From an archaeon (GTDB lineage: Archaea > Iainarchaeota > Iainarchaeia > Iainarchaeales > JANQMZ01), in NCBI GenBank assembly GCA_028279805.1, contig JANQMZ010000007.1, positions 180,001 to 212,000 of the forward strand: DNA of 32,000 nucleotides, given 5' to 3'. The position numbers and the translations under genes are program-made. The notes beneath the pieces were generated by a model that was not told the DNA's origin, searched no databases, and saw nothing but the letters and a program-made list of their open reading frames with translations. This document shows positions 18,006 through 25,590 of this stretch, piece by piece. How positions within the stretch are numbered: position 1 is the stretch's first letter; the number at the start of each line of letters is the position of its first letter.

Positions 18006-19092
18006 TGTTTTCTTCCTCCCAGGTTTTTTGGGCATAATCCATTTGCTCTTTTATAATATAAGGCATTTCAGCAAAAGTGTATTTGAAAATTTCACTAATG
18101 TGCCCTGCTTTAAATTCTTCTGATTTTTTTGCTGCAGCCGCAACTTTTTCTTCAGCTTCAGCCCAGACTTTTTCTTTATAATTATCATCTAAAAGTTTTT
18201 TTTTGCGCAAATATTTTTCAAATCTTTCAATCGGATCTTTTTCTTTCCACGGTTCAACCTCTTCTTCTTTCCTGTATTTTTTCGGGTCATCAGCTGTTGT
18301 ATGCATTCCCATTCTGTAAGTTATTGCTTCAATTAACGTTGCACCTTTTCCCTTTGAACCTCTTTCAATTGCTTCTTTTGTTGCAGCATAAACTGCCAGA
18401 ACATCATTACCATCAACCTGAATTCCTTTTATTCCGAAAGCAATTGCTTTTTGTGCAAAAGATTCTGCAGCTGTCTGTTTTGTTGTCGGAACAGAAATTG
18501 CCCAGCCGTTGTTTCTGCATAAAAAAATTGTAGGAGTTTTCCATGCTCCTGAAAAATTCATTGCTTCCAGTGTTTCACCCTCGGATGTAGCTCCGTCTCC
18601 GAAAAAAACCAATGCCGCTTCATCTTTTTTTCTTAATTTGGCAGCATAACCTAAACCAACTGCATGCAATGGCTGTGAACCAACTGGAACACTTACAGGC
18701 ATGTTGTGGGCATCAGGCTCTCCTCTTGACCCTTCCTCGGAACCTTTCATGTAAATATAAATTGCTTCTAACGGCACTCCTCGTGTAATAAAACAAGGGC
18801 TTTCCCTGTAGGAAGGAACCATCCAGTCCTGTTTTCTTAAAGCAAAAGTTGATGCAACCATTGCAGCCTCTTCCCCGGTACTGGGAGCAAATGTTGCCAG
18901 TTTGCCTTGCCTTTGCATTTTTACAGCTTTCTGGTCAAACACTCTTGAAACAACCATTGTTTCATAAATTTTTTTTAAATCTTCATCAGCAATTTTTGGC
19001 TCAAGTTTTTCATCAACATTCCCGTCCTCATCAAGAATCTGCAAATGTTCAATTTCAAACTTGTGTTTAACAGTTTTAGGCATTTTTTTCAC
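17998..19092 (-). CDS. 2-oxoacid dehydrogenase E1 component, alpha subunit (TPP-binding)
   Basis: TPP motif region FFGDGATSEG...N and YRMGMHTTADDP, typical of heterotetrameric E1alpha. M4 (19083) is an alternative start. Confidence 0.92.
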   Translation of the reverse strand: MKKMPKTVKHKFEIEHLQILDEDGNVDEKLEPKIADEDLKKIYETMVVSRVFDQKAVKMQRQGKLATFAPSTGEEAAMVASTFALRKQDWMVPSYRESPCFITRGVPLEAIYIYMKGSEEGSRGEPDAHNMPVSVPVGSQPLHAVGLGYAAKLRKKDEAALVFFGDGATSEGETLEAMNFSGAWKTPTIFLCRNNGWAISVPTTKQTAAESFAQKAIAFGIKGIQVDGNDVLAVYAATKEAIERGSKGKGATLIEAITYRMGMHTTADDPKKYRKEEEVEPWKEKDPIERFEKYLRKKKLLDDNYKEKVWAEAEEKVAAAAKKSEEFKAGHISEIFKYTFAEMPYIIKEQMDYAQKTWEEENNG

Positions 19093-19990
19093 TCCTTAAA
19101 AGTTTTTCAATAAAAACTTCTCCGGCTTTATATGATGACCTGACAAATGGTCCCGAAAATGTTGCTTTGAATTGTAACTCGTTTGCTTTTTGTTCATAAA
19201 ATTTAAAAGTTTCAGGATGAACATATTCCTGTAAAGGAAAATGTTTTTCACTTGGCTGCAAATATTGACCAATTGTAAAAATGTCAACATCAATTTTTCT
19301 TAAATCATTCATTAATTCCAGAACTTCTTTTTTTGTTTCTCCCAAGCCGACCATTATTCCTGTTTTTGTAAAAATTTTTGGATTTAATTCTTTAATTGTT
19401 TTTAAAACTTTTAATGACTGTTCATAATTTGCACGCCTGTCACGAACCTGTGATTGCAAACGCTTAACAGTTTCAACATTATGTCCGATAACTTCTGCAC
19501 CTGATTTGACAACATTTTCAATTAATTTTTTTTCACCGGAAAAATCCGGAATTAATAATTCAACAGTTGTATTCGGGTTTTTTTGTTTAACAGCTTTAAC
19601 GCATTCTGCAAAATGGTTTGAGCCCTGATCCTCCAAATCATCCCTGTCGACGGATGTTATTACAATGTAATTCAGATTCATTTCTTTTACTGTTCTTGCC
19701 AGTTCTTCCGGTTCAGATTTTAATTCTTCCATTGAATTTCCATAACGTGCCGATTTTATTGCACAAAACCTGCAGCCTCTGGTACATGTGTCCCCCAAAA
19801 CCATGAATGTTGCTGTTCCGGATGACCAGCATTCTGCAATGTTGGGGCAGTGAGCTTCCTGGCAAACTGTTGCTAAGCCACGTGGTTTAACCATTTGTTT
19901 AATTTGTTTATAAGATTTGGTTGTTGGCGGCCTGATTTTAAGCCATTCGGGTTTTTTTGAACTGCCTGAATCAAGAACATTTAATTGCAT
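19076..19990 (-). CDS. lipA: Lipoyl synthase
   Basis: Auxiliary cluster motif CQEAHCPNIAECW and radical-SAM motif CTRGCRFCAI. Confidence 0.95.
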   Translation of the reverse strand: MQLNVLDSGSSKKPEWLKIRPPTTKSYKQIKQMVKPRGLATVCQEAHCPNIAECWSSGTATFMVLGDTCTRGCRFCAIKSARYGNSMEELKSEPEELARTVKEMNLNYIVITSVDRDDLEDQGSNHFAECVKAVKQKNPNTTVELLIPDFSGEKKLIENVVKSGAEVIGHNVETVKRLQSQVRDRRANYEQSLKVLKTIKELNPKIFTKTGIMVGLGETKKEVLELMNDLRKIDVDIFTIGQYLQPSEKHFPLQEYVHPETFKFYEQKANELQFKATFSGPFVRSSYKAGEVFIEKLLRSEKNA

Positions 19991-20010
19991 CTCTTAATTA
20001 CCCACTCAAA

Positions 20011-20024
20011 CCTATAAAAAGCTT
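20011..20024 (-). promoter_or_regulatory. Candidate BRE/TATA element (minus strand AAGCTTTTTATAGG) for the lipA operon
   Basis: The box centre is about 25 nt upstream of the lipA ATG (19990), implying a leaderless operon transcript. Confidence 0.35.
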
Positions 20025-20127
20025 GTTAATCAACGTTGCATAACTTTGAGGATTGTCGAAAAAAGCTTTCTTTTTGTGAGAAAAAGCATGTTAAATTATT
20101 TAAAATTTGTTCCAGTTTTTTACAGAA

Positions 20128-20529
20128 TTAATGTTTGATTTGTTTGTGCAGTTGCAGCCATAATTCTTCCATGTCAATTTCAACTTTTTCTCTGCCAATC
20201 TCCAGACTCGCAGTCGGGATTAAAATTCCCTTTTTTGCTCGCATGGTAATAACCTCAAACAATGCCAGTATTTGCTGTGCTTTTACCGAATCAGAAACTT
20301 CAATGCCCTGCAAGCTTAATCTTAAGTTTAAATAGTCATTGATTTTGGAAAAAAGATGAATATTTTGTTTTAAAAAGTTTTTAAGATCAGGATAAGGCGA
20401 ACTTTCAATGCGTTTCCATATTTCTTCAACAAGCCCGGGATTTGCACCAAAATGTTCATTTAAAACCTGTTTTGGGTCTTTTTTTTGGTTTCCCCGGCCT
20501 TTTCCGGGTTTTCTTCCATGTCCTTTCAT
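20128..20529 (-). CDS. Hypothetical protein with basic Gly-rich N-terminus
   Basis: 133 codons. GGTGA Shine-Dalgarno 4 nt before the ATG. It starts 20 nt after the 3' end of tRNA-Asn on the same strand. No family recognised. Confidence 0.5.
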   Translation of the reverse strand: MKGHGRKPGKGRGNQKKDPKQVLNEHFGANPGLVEEIWKRIESSPYPDLKNFLKQNIHLFSKINDYLNLRLSLQGIEVSDSVKAQQILALFEVITMRAKKGILIPTASLEIGREKVEIDMEELWLQLHKQIKH

Positions 20530-20549
20530 TTATTCACCAGATGTTAAAG

Positions 20550-20621
20550 CGTCCAGGACAGGATTCGAACCTGTGACCTGTCGGTTAACAGCCGACTGCT
20601 CTACCGCTGAGCTACCTGGAC
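20550..20621 (-). tRNA. tRNA-Asn (anticodon GUU)
   Basis: Reverse complement reads GTCCAGG-TA-GCTC-AGCGGTA-GAGC-A-GTCGG-CTGTTAA-CCGAC-AGGTC-ACAGG-TTCGAAT-CCTGT-CCTGGAC-G. Confidence 0.9.
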
Positions 20622-20695
20622 ATTTTTACTGAATAAAAGAAAAATGCGGTAAATGTATTTAAAATTGTGCTGAAAAAGAAAAAAAGCTTATACAT

Positions 20696-20755
20696 AATAT
20701 TTTGGTTGTTTGAAGCTTAAACAAGAATTTATTAACATTTTTCAACCAAAATATT
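20696..20755. repeat. Perfect 13-bp inverted repeat AATATTTTGGTTG / CAACCAAAATATT with 34-nt spacer
   Basis: Arms at 20696-20708 and 20743-20755 are exact reverse complements (checked base by base). The region is non-coding. Confidence 0.7.
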
Positions 20756-20777
20756 GCTTTGTTAACGTTTTGCAGTC

Positions 20778-20893
20778 AAATTAACACTTTTTGACGATTT
20801 TTTTACAAAAAATAAGTAATTTTTATTAATAAGTTTTATTTTATGTTTGAAATGGCTTAACTTTACCCATATTTTTGAATAAAGTGTTAATTT
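20778..20893. repeat. Perfect 13-bp inverted repeat AAATTAACACTTT / AAAGTGTTAATTT with 90-nt spacer
   Basis: Arms at 20778-20790 and 20881-20893 are exact reverse complements. The left arm is also embedded in a local hairpin GTCAA(20775-79)/TTGAC(20791-95). Confidence 0.7.
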
Positions 20894-21000
20894 TCTTGCG
20901 TTTGAAAAAAGGAACCTATTTAAAGGAGTTTGACAGCAATAGTAATTAATCAGGCATTTTTGCCTAACATACATAGCTTATTATCAAAAGGGGTGATATT

Positions 21001-22077
21001 TTGAAAAGCATTGTAGAAGGAGCCAGAGATAAGGCTACACCGGCAGCTGATGAAAGACTTGAAGATTTTGGAAGCCCTAAAATCATGGTTATTGGATGTG
21101 GTGGAGCAGGAAGTAATGCTGTTAACCGTTTGGCTAACATGGGCATTACAGGCGCTCAATTAGTTGGTGTAAACACTGACAAACAACACTTGGCTTTGAT
21201 TAATGATGAATTAACAAAAATTTTAATCGGAAAAAGTGTTACAAGGGGTCTTGGAGCCGGAGGTTATCCTGAAATCGGAGCCAAAGCAGCTGAAGTGTCA
21301 AGATCTGCCTTGGAAGAAATTTTGGACGGAGTTGACATGCTGTTTCTTTCAGCTGGAATGGGTGGAGGAACTGGTACTGGAGCCGCTCCAATAATTGCGG
21401 AAATTGCAAAAGAACAGGGAGCCATTGTTATCGCAATTGTAACTTATCCTTTTGCTTTGGAAAAAGCAAGGCTTGGAAAAGCAGAGGAAGGAATCACTGC
21501 TTTGCAGGAAGTTACTGACACTGTTGTTGTAATTGACAATAACAGACTGGTTGAATTGGTTCCAAATTTGCCAATCCAGGATGCATTCAGAGTTGCTGAT
21601 GAAGTTATTGCAAGAACTGTTCGAGGAATAACTGAAACAATTACTCAGCCATCCTTAATTAATCTGGATTATGCAGATGTTCGGGCTGTAATGAGCAACC
21701 AAGGTTTAAGTGTTATTGCAGTTGGTGAATCCAAATCTGTTGACAAAGTAAATGAAGTTGTTGAGGATACTTTAAGAAACTCTTTGCTTGATGTTGACAT
21801 TTCAGGAGCAACCGGTGCATTGATTCATATTACCGGCGGACCTGAATTAACTTTGGGTGAAGCAAATTCAATCGGTGAAATGTTAACAGACCAGGTTGAT
21901 TCAAAAGCAACTGTTATCTGGGGTTCAAGAGTTGATCCGACTTTTGAAAACAAAATTGAAGTTATTTCAATTTTCACCGGAGTATCATCTCCTTACATTA
22001 AAGGCGCAGAAGCAAATATTGCTCCTGCAAGAGCTGCGAGAAGCGGAAAAGGAGACCTTGGACTAGGCTTTTTATAA
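21001..22077 (+). CDS. ftsZ: Cell division GTPase FtsZ
   Basis: GCGGAGSNAVNRL, GLGAGGYPEIG and the tubulin signature GMGGGTGTGAAP, with a C-terminal tail peptide GDLGLGFL. TTG start preceded by AAAGGGGTGAT. An in-frame stop at 20974 excludes a longer ORF. Confidence 0.95.
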   Translation: MKSIVEGARDKATPAADERLEDFGSPKIMVIGCGGAGSNAVNRLANMGITGAQLVGVNTDKQHLALINDELTKILIGKSVTRGLGAGGYPEIGAKAAEVSRSALEEILDGVDMLFLSAGMGGGTGTGAAPIIAEIAKEQGAIVIAIVTYPFALEKARLGKAEEGITALQEVTDTVVVIDNNRLVELVPNLPIQDAFRVADEVIARTVRGITETITQPSLINLDYADVRAVMSNQGLSVIAVGESKSVDKVNEVVEDTLRNSLLDVDISGATGALIHITGGPELTLGEANSIGEMLTDQVDSKATVIWGSRVDPTFENKIEVISIFTGVSSPYIKGAEANIAPARAARSGKGDLGLGFL

Positions 22078-22115
22078 ATGAGGTTAAAACCTCATTTCCT
22101 TTTTCTTTTTTTATT
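22078..22115 (+). terminator. Hairpin ATGAGGT-TAAA-ACCTCAT followed by a T-rich run, immediately after the ftsZ stop
   Basis: Perfect inverted repeat at 22078-22095, then TTCCTTTTTCTTTTTTTATTTT. Confidence 0.5.
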
Positions 22116-22154
22116 TTCAAAAGTATTTTATAGCATGAAAAACTTATTTTTTTA

Positions 22155-22919
22155 ATGGCTGACAGAAAACAAATTGAACGTTTAAGCAGGGCAACCTTAT
22201 CTTTTTTTGCAGCCCTATGGCTTGGTTTTACAGCACAATCAATGAAATTTTCTCAGGGAAAAAATTTAGGTCAGGAGATAGGCAGAGGAACAGCTGAAAG
22301 AATGGGAACTTTAAGAAAAGTTGCTGAAGATTCAACTAAATTGGCTGAAAGCAGAAGCATTAGAAGAAATGCTATTGTAAGGGAAATTGAAAGAACTTTA
22401 AATGAAAACCAAAATTTGATTGAAAGCCATCAAGGCTTGCAGGAATTGAGAACTTTTTTTGAAGAAGCTAACAGATTAATTTTGGAAGCTGAAAATTTTC
22501 ACAGGCAGAATAAATTTGATTTGGCTGTTGATAAAATAAGAAATGCTGATGAAAAATATGCGCAAGCATTTAATTTATTTGCAGAAATTTTTAGAGAGGA
22601 TGAATTGTTAAGGAGAAATCTTTTTAGTGTTTTAAGAGAAGAAACAATTCAGGATATTGAAAGAATAATTCAGGATGAAAAAAAATTAGAAGCGTTAAGA
22701 GAAGAAAGATATCAAAATCTTTTAAGTGGTTTGGATTCAAACAGGGAAAACATTGGAGAACAGGAAAGAAAAAGCAAATCCAAAATGCCTTTTGTAATGC
22801 TTTTGAGTTCTTTTGGTTTGATTGGTTATGGCACAAGAGAATTATTAGAATTTCAAAAAAGAAAAAAAAGCAAACCGAAAAAAGGAAATGCTAAACCAAA
22901 ACACAAATCAAGATATTGA
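22155..22919 (+). CDS. Hypothetical coiled-coil protein with hydrophobic segments at both ends and a Lys-rich tail
   Basis: N-terminal hydrophobic stretch ATLSFFAALWLGFTA, about 170 aa of heptad-like E/R/L/N-rich helix, a C-terminal hydrophobic stretch MPFVMLLSSFGLIGYG and a tail KRKKSKPKKGNAKPKHKSRY. The TATA-like AAAGTATTTTATAG lies about 25 nt before the ATG. Confidence 0.6.
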   Translation: MADRKQIERLSRATLSFFAALWLGFTAQSMKFSQGKNLGQEIGRGTAERMGTLRKVAEDSTKLAESRSIRRNAIVREIERTLNENQNLIESHQGLQELRTFFEEANRLILEAENFHRQNKFDLAVDKIRNADEKYAQAFNLFAEIFREDELLRRNLFSVLREETIQDIERIIQDEKKLEALREERYQNLLSGLDSNRENIGEQERKSKSKMPFVMLLSSFGLIGYGTRELLEFQKRKKSKPKKGNAKPKHKSRY

Positions 22920-22973
22920 AAAAATAAAAAAATAGAAGCAAATTAACTTTTTGCTAATTTGCTTTTTAATTGT

Positions 22974-23672
22974 TTAAAGCAGACAAGCTTCTCCTTTCAT
23001 TCTTTCACAGCTTTCTTGAGCTTTTTGTTTGCATTCTAGTTCTTTTGCAGGGTCATCAAAATACTTGTGTTCACATTCTATAAGGTTTTGCTGGTAAAGA
23101 AAGTTTTGCTGGGCTTTGTCCATGCACTCCCTCCTTTCTTCAGAACCTGCTTCATATTTTGCTCTGCATGCTGCTTTTTCTCTGTCCCATTTTTTCTGGG
23201 CCTGATAGTCATCCCATGCTCTTAGCTTACATTTGTTTAACTCTGAAGGAGAATCTGCGTGGTTACTCTCGCAACTAAGTACTTGGATTTTATATAGCCA
23301 CCAAGTATTTAGTTCTTCAATGCATTGCTGTTTTTTATCTTCATCTTCTATTGCCTTGCATTTTGCAAATTTTCTTTCATATTCTTCATTTATTCTGTCC
23401 AGTTCTTCTTGGTCACTGTCAACAACTTCCGATAGTCCCGGGTTTTCTGGAATCAGATTGTCTCCAAAATGACCTTCCAAATCCATTACTTCCGGTAGTC
23501 CAGGATTTTCAGGAATCAGATTATCCTCGTAATGATCCCCAACACTCATTAAAACCGGCAATCCCGGCTCTTCTGGAATTAAATTGTCTTCGTATTGTGG
23601 CAAGGCTGTTCCCGCTGGAAACAATGTTCCAACCAAAACAAGCATTAATAATGCTAAAATTCCCCTTTTCAT
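22974..23672 (-). CDS. Secreted protein with three 21-aa tandem repeats and a Cys-rich helical C-terminal domain
   Basis: Signal peptide MKRGILALLMLVLVGTLFPAGTA, taken from the ATG at 23672 (GGGGG 8 nt upstream); the track uses a TTG at 23693. Repeats are of the form YEDNLIPE(E/N)PGLP. There are 10 Cys in the last ~130 aa. Confidence 0.65.
   Translation of the reverse strand: MKRGILALLMLVLVGTLFPAGTALPQYEDNLIPEEPGLPVLMSVGDHYEDNLIPENPGLPEVMDLEGHFGDNLIPENPGLSEVVDSDQEELDRINEEYERKFAKCKAIEDEDKKQQCIEELNTWWLYKIQVLSCESNHADSPSELNKCKLRAWDDYQAQKKWDREKAACRAKYEAGSEERRECMDKAQQNFLYQQNLIECEHKYFDDPAKELECKQKAQESCERMKGEACLL
23406..23594 (-). repeat. Three in-frame 63-bp tandem repeats inside the CDS
   Basis: On the plus strand, CTGGAATCAGATTGTCTCC, CAGGAATCAGATTATCCTC and CTGGAATTAAATTGTCTTC recur at 63-nt spacing. 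They encode YEDNLIPEEPGLPVLMSVGDH, YEDNLIPENPGLPEVMDLEGH and FGDNLIPENPGLSEVVDSDQE. Confidence 0.75.
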
Positions 23673-23772
23673 CAATAAACCCCCTGAGGTCAAACCTCAC
23701 TTAATAGACATAATTTGATTTTATTTAATGCTTTTGTTTAACACAAACCTTTTTATAAGATAATTAAAAAAG

Positions 23773-25176
23773 CTAAACAATCAAAGGTAAAGCATTCAAC
23801 AATAAAATAACTAAAATGAACCATAAGAAAATTCTGCCGATTAATTTTTCAGTGTCTTTTTTATTCATTTTCAAAAAACCAAAATAAGGCAGGAAAATTA
23901 CTTGTGCAATTCTTCCACCATCCAATGGTCCTAATGGTAAGAAATTAAAAATTGCTATTAACAGGCTTAAAAGCATTAACCAGCCAAAAAATTCTAAAAT
24001 AAAAAACTGCAATTGAATTAATTCAAAATAATAAGGAGGATAAACAAAGTTTTGTTTTATTTGTTCGCTTATTGTAAAACCGTAACGGCCAATTTCATTT
24101 CTTTGTAACGAAACACTTTTTGTTTCTCCTGAAGAATTTTCAAAAGCAATTTGCATTTCTTTTTCACCGGCAGCACGAATTGCATTTGAAGCATGTACAA
24201 CCGTTAAAACATTTTCATCATTTATTGATAACAATTTTGAATTTGCTTCAATTTTTCCAAATGCAGGTGAATCAAATTTATCCCCACAGAATTCAAAATT
24301 TTCTTCAACTGAATCAATTTTAACAAATTGAACAGAATTATTGTGAACAGAACTTAAAGAAGCACTGATTGGAGAAAACAAAATTAAAATAATTGACAAT
24401 ATTATGAAAAAAATGGGAATTGATAACAGGTTTCCGGATGGCCCTGCCGCAAAAACCCTTAACGCTTTTCTTGGATTTGCTTTTTCCAATTCTTTTTCAT
24501 CCGGTTCAACAAATGCCCCGATTGGCAAAATTCCAGCCAGCAATAAGCCCGCGCTCTTAATTTTGAATCCTTCTTTTCTTGCTAACACGCCGTGCATTCC
24601 TTCATGCACTATTAAAATTATTAACAAAGACAACCATGCATGCAGCGGAACCAATGGCAGGCCGGGAAACTGTACTCCGGGAATTAGTGGTGCGACTCCG
24701 GGGCATGCATCTACTCCGATGAAAAGTTTTGAAATGATGTCAAAAGCATTTACAATCAGGCTGAGCAAAGTGTAACCTGCCAAGCCAAATAATCCGAAAC
24801 TTATTGTAAAAATTAGTGAAAAATCTTTTGTTAACGGATTAAAATCAACAAGCCATTTCAAAAAACTGTTATATAAAATTATTAAAACAACAAAAGCAAA
24901 CAAGTTCATTGCAAGTCTTTCAGATAATTTTTTTTTTCTTGCATACAAGTAATCAAATGCAGGCAAACCCATTCCCAGAATCAGGCCAATTTCAGAAAAA
25001 ATGTTTAGAAATTTTTTATAATGGGAAAATTTATCCAACAAGGGCAGATAGCGGGTGCTTTTTAGCATTGAAAATAAGTAAAAAGTTTCAGCATTGGTAA
25101 AACGCCTTATTATCAGTGTTGTAATAAACAAAAATAATATTATTCCGCCAATAAAGGAAATTGCAGGGTCAAGCAT
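23773..25176 (-). CDS. Site-2 protease family (M50) intramembrane metalloprotease with PDZ-like insert
   Basis: HEGMHG (HExxH) within a TM segment and the second motif NFLPLGPLDGG. Multiple TM helices. Confidence 0.85.
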   Translation of the reverse strand: MLDPAISFIGGIILFLFITTLIIRRFTNAETFYLFSMLKSTRYLPLLDKFSHYKKFLNIFSEIGLILGMGLPAFDYLYARKKKLSERLAMNLFAFVVLIILYNSFLKWLVDFNPLTKDFSLIFTISFGLFGLAGYTLLSLIVNAFDIISKLFIGVDACPGVAPLIPGVQFPGLPLVPLHAWLSLLIILIVHEGMHGVLARKEGFKIKSAGLLLAGILPIGAFVEPDEKELEKANPRKALRVFAAGPSGNLLSIPIFFIILSIILILFSPISASLSSVHNNSVQFVKIDSVEENFEFCGDKFDSPAFGKIEANSKLLSINDENVLTVVHASNAIRAAGEKEMQIAFENSSGETKSVSLQRNEIGRYGFTISEQIKQNFVYPPYYFELIQLQFFILEFFGWLMLLSLLIAIFNFLPLGPLDGGRIAQVIFLPYFGFLKMNKKDTEKLIGRIFLWFILVILLLNALPLIV

Positions 25177-25548
25177 TTATTCTGCCTCTTTTAATGAAAT
25201 GTTTAAATTTTTTTCAAGTTTTTCAATTAACTTGTCTTCAGGTTTTATTGCACCGGATTCAACTTTTTTTAAAGTTGATTCTTTTTCAAACAATTTTTTT
25301 GACAATTGTTCAAATGTCAGGTTTTGTTTTTGCCGGGCTTGTTGAATTATTTGATTATAGTTTTCTTTTAACATTCCTTTTCCTGTTAAATCCAATTGTT
25401 CTGGTTTTTGAACTTTTGAAACAATTGCTTCCATTTTTTTTAATGGAACACTTGACTGCCTGCAGGAAGAGCAAACCATTAATGTTTCTCCTTCTGAACG
25501 CATCGCAACCAAGTCAGCTGTTTCTTTTGAACAAACATTGCACTGCAT
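25177..25548 (-). CDS. mbf1: Archaeal multiprotein bridging factor 1 (Zn-ribbon + HTH)
   Basis: N-terminal CNVC...CSSC zinc ribbon followed by an XRE-type HTH (LTFEQLSKKLFEKESTLKKVESG). Its stop abuts the S2P start codon. Confidence 0.85.
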   Translation of the reverse strand: MQCNVCSKETADLVAMRSEGETLMVCSSCRQSSVPLKKMEAIVSKVQKPEQLDLTGKGMLKENYNQIIQQARQKQNLTFEQLSKKLFEKESTLKKVESGAIKPEDKLIEKLEKNLNISLKEAE

Positions 25549-25590
25549 TCACAAATAAAAGATGCAAATGTTTTTAATAAAAAAGTTTAA

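Noticed and set aside
20622-21000. Replication origin hypothesis for the long AT-rich gap with inverted repeats
   Set aside because: There is no adjacent orc1/cdc6 gene. I see no ORB-like element with a G-string, only two different 13-bp palindromic pairs. This cannot be excluded without a genome-wide skew analysis.
20930-21004. Possible 24-codon uORF (TTG start) behind AAAGGAG just upstream of ftsZ
   Set aside because: The SD-like GGAG ends only 1 nt before the TTG, which is too close for initiation. No conservation argument is available.
20762-21159. Three minus-strand ORFs (60-70 aa) across the ftsZ upstream region and ftsZ 5' end
   Set aside because: Their composition (K/N/F/L/Y-rich) matches translated AT-rich non-coding DNA. 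They overlap each other and ftsZ, and no SD or TATA box is suitably placed.
23406-23594. Regularly spaced 63-bp repeats as a possible CRISPR-like array
   Set aside because: The repeats are contiguous with no spacers, are in frame inside a CDS and encode a conserved peptide repeat. No cas genes are present.
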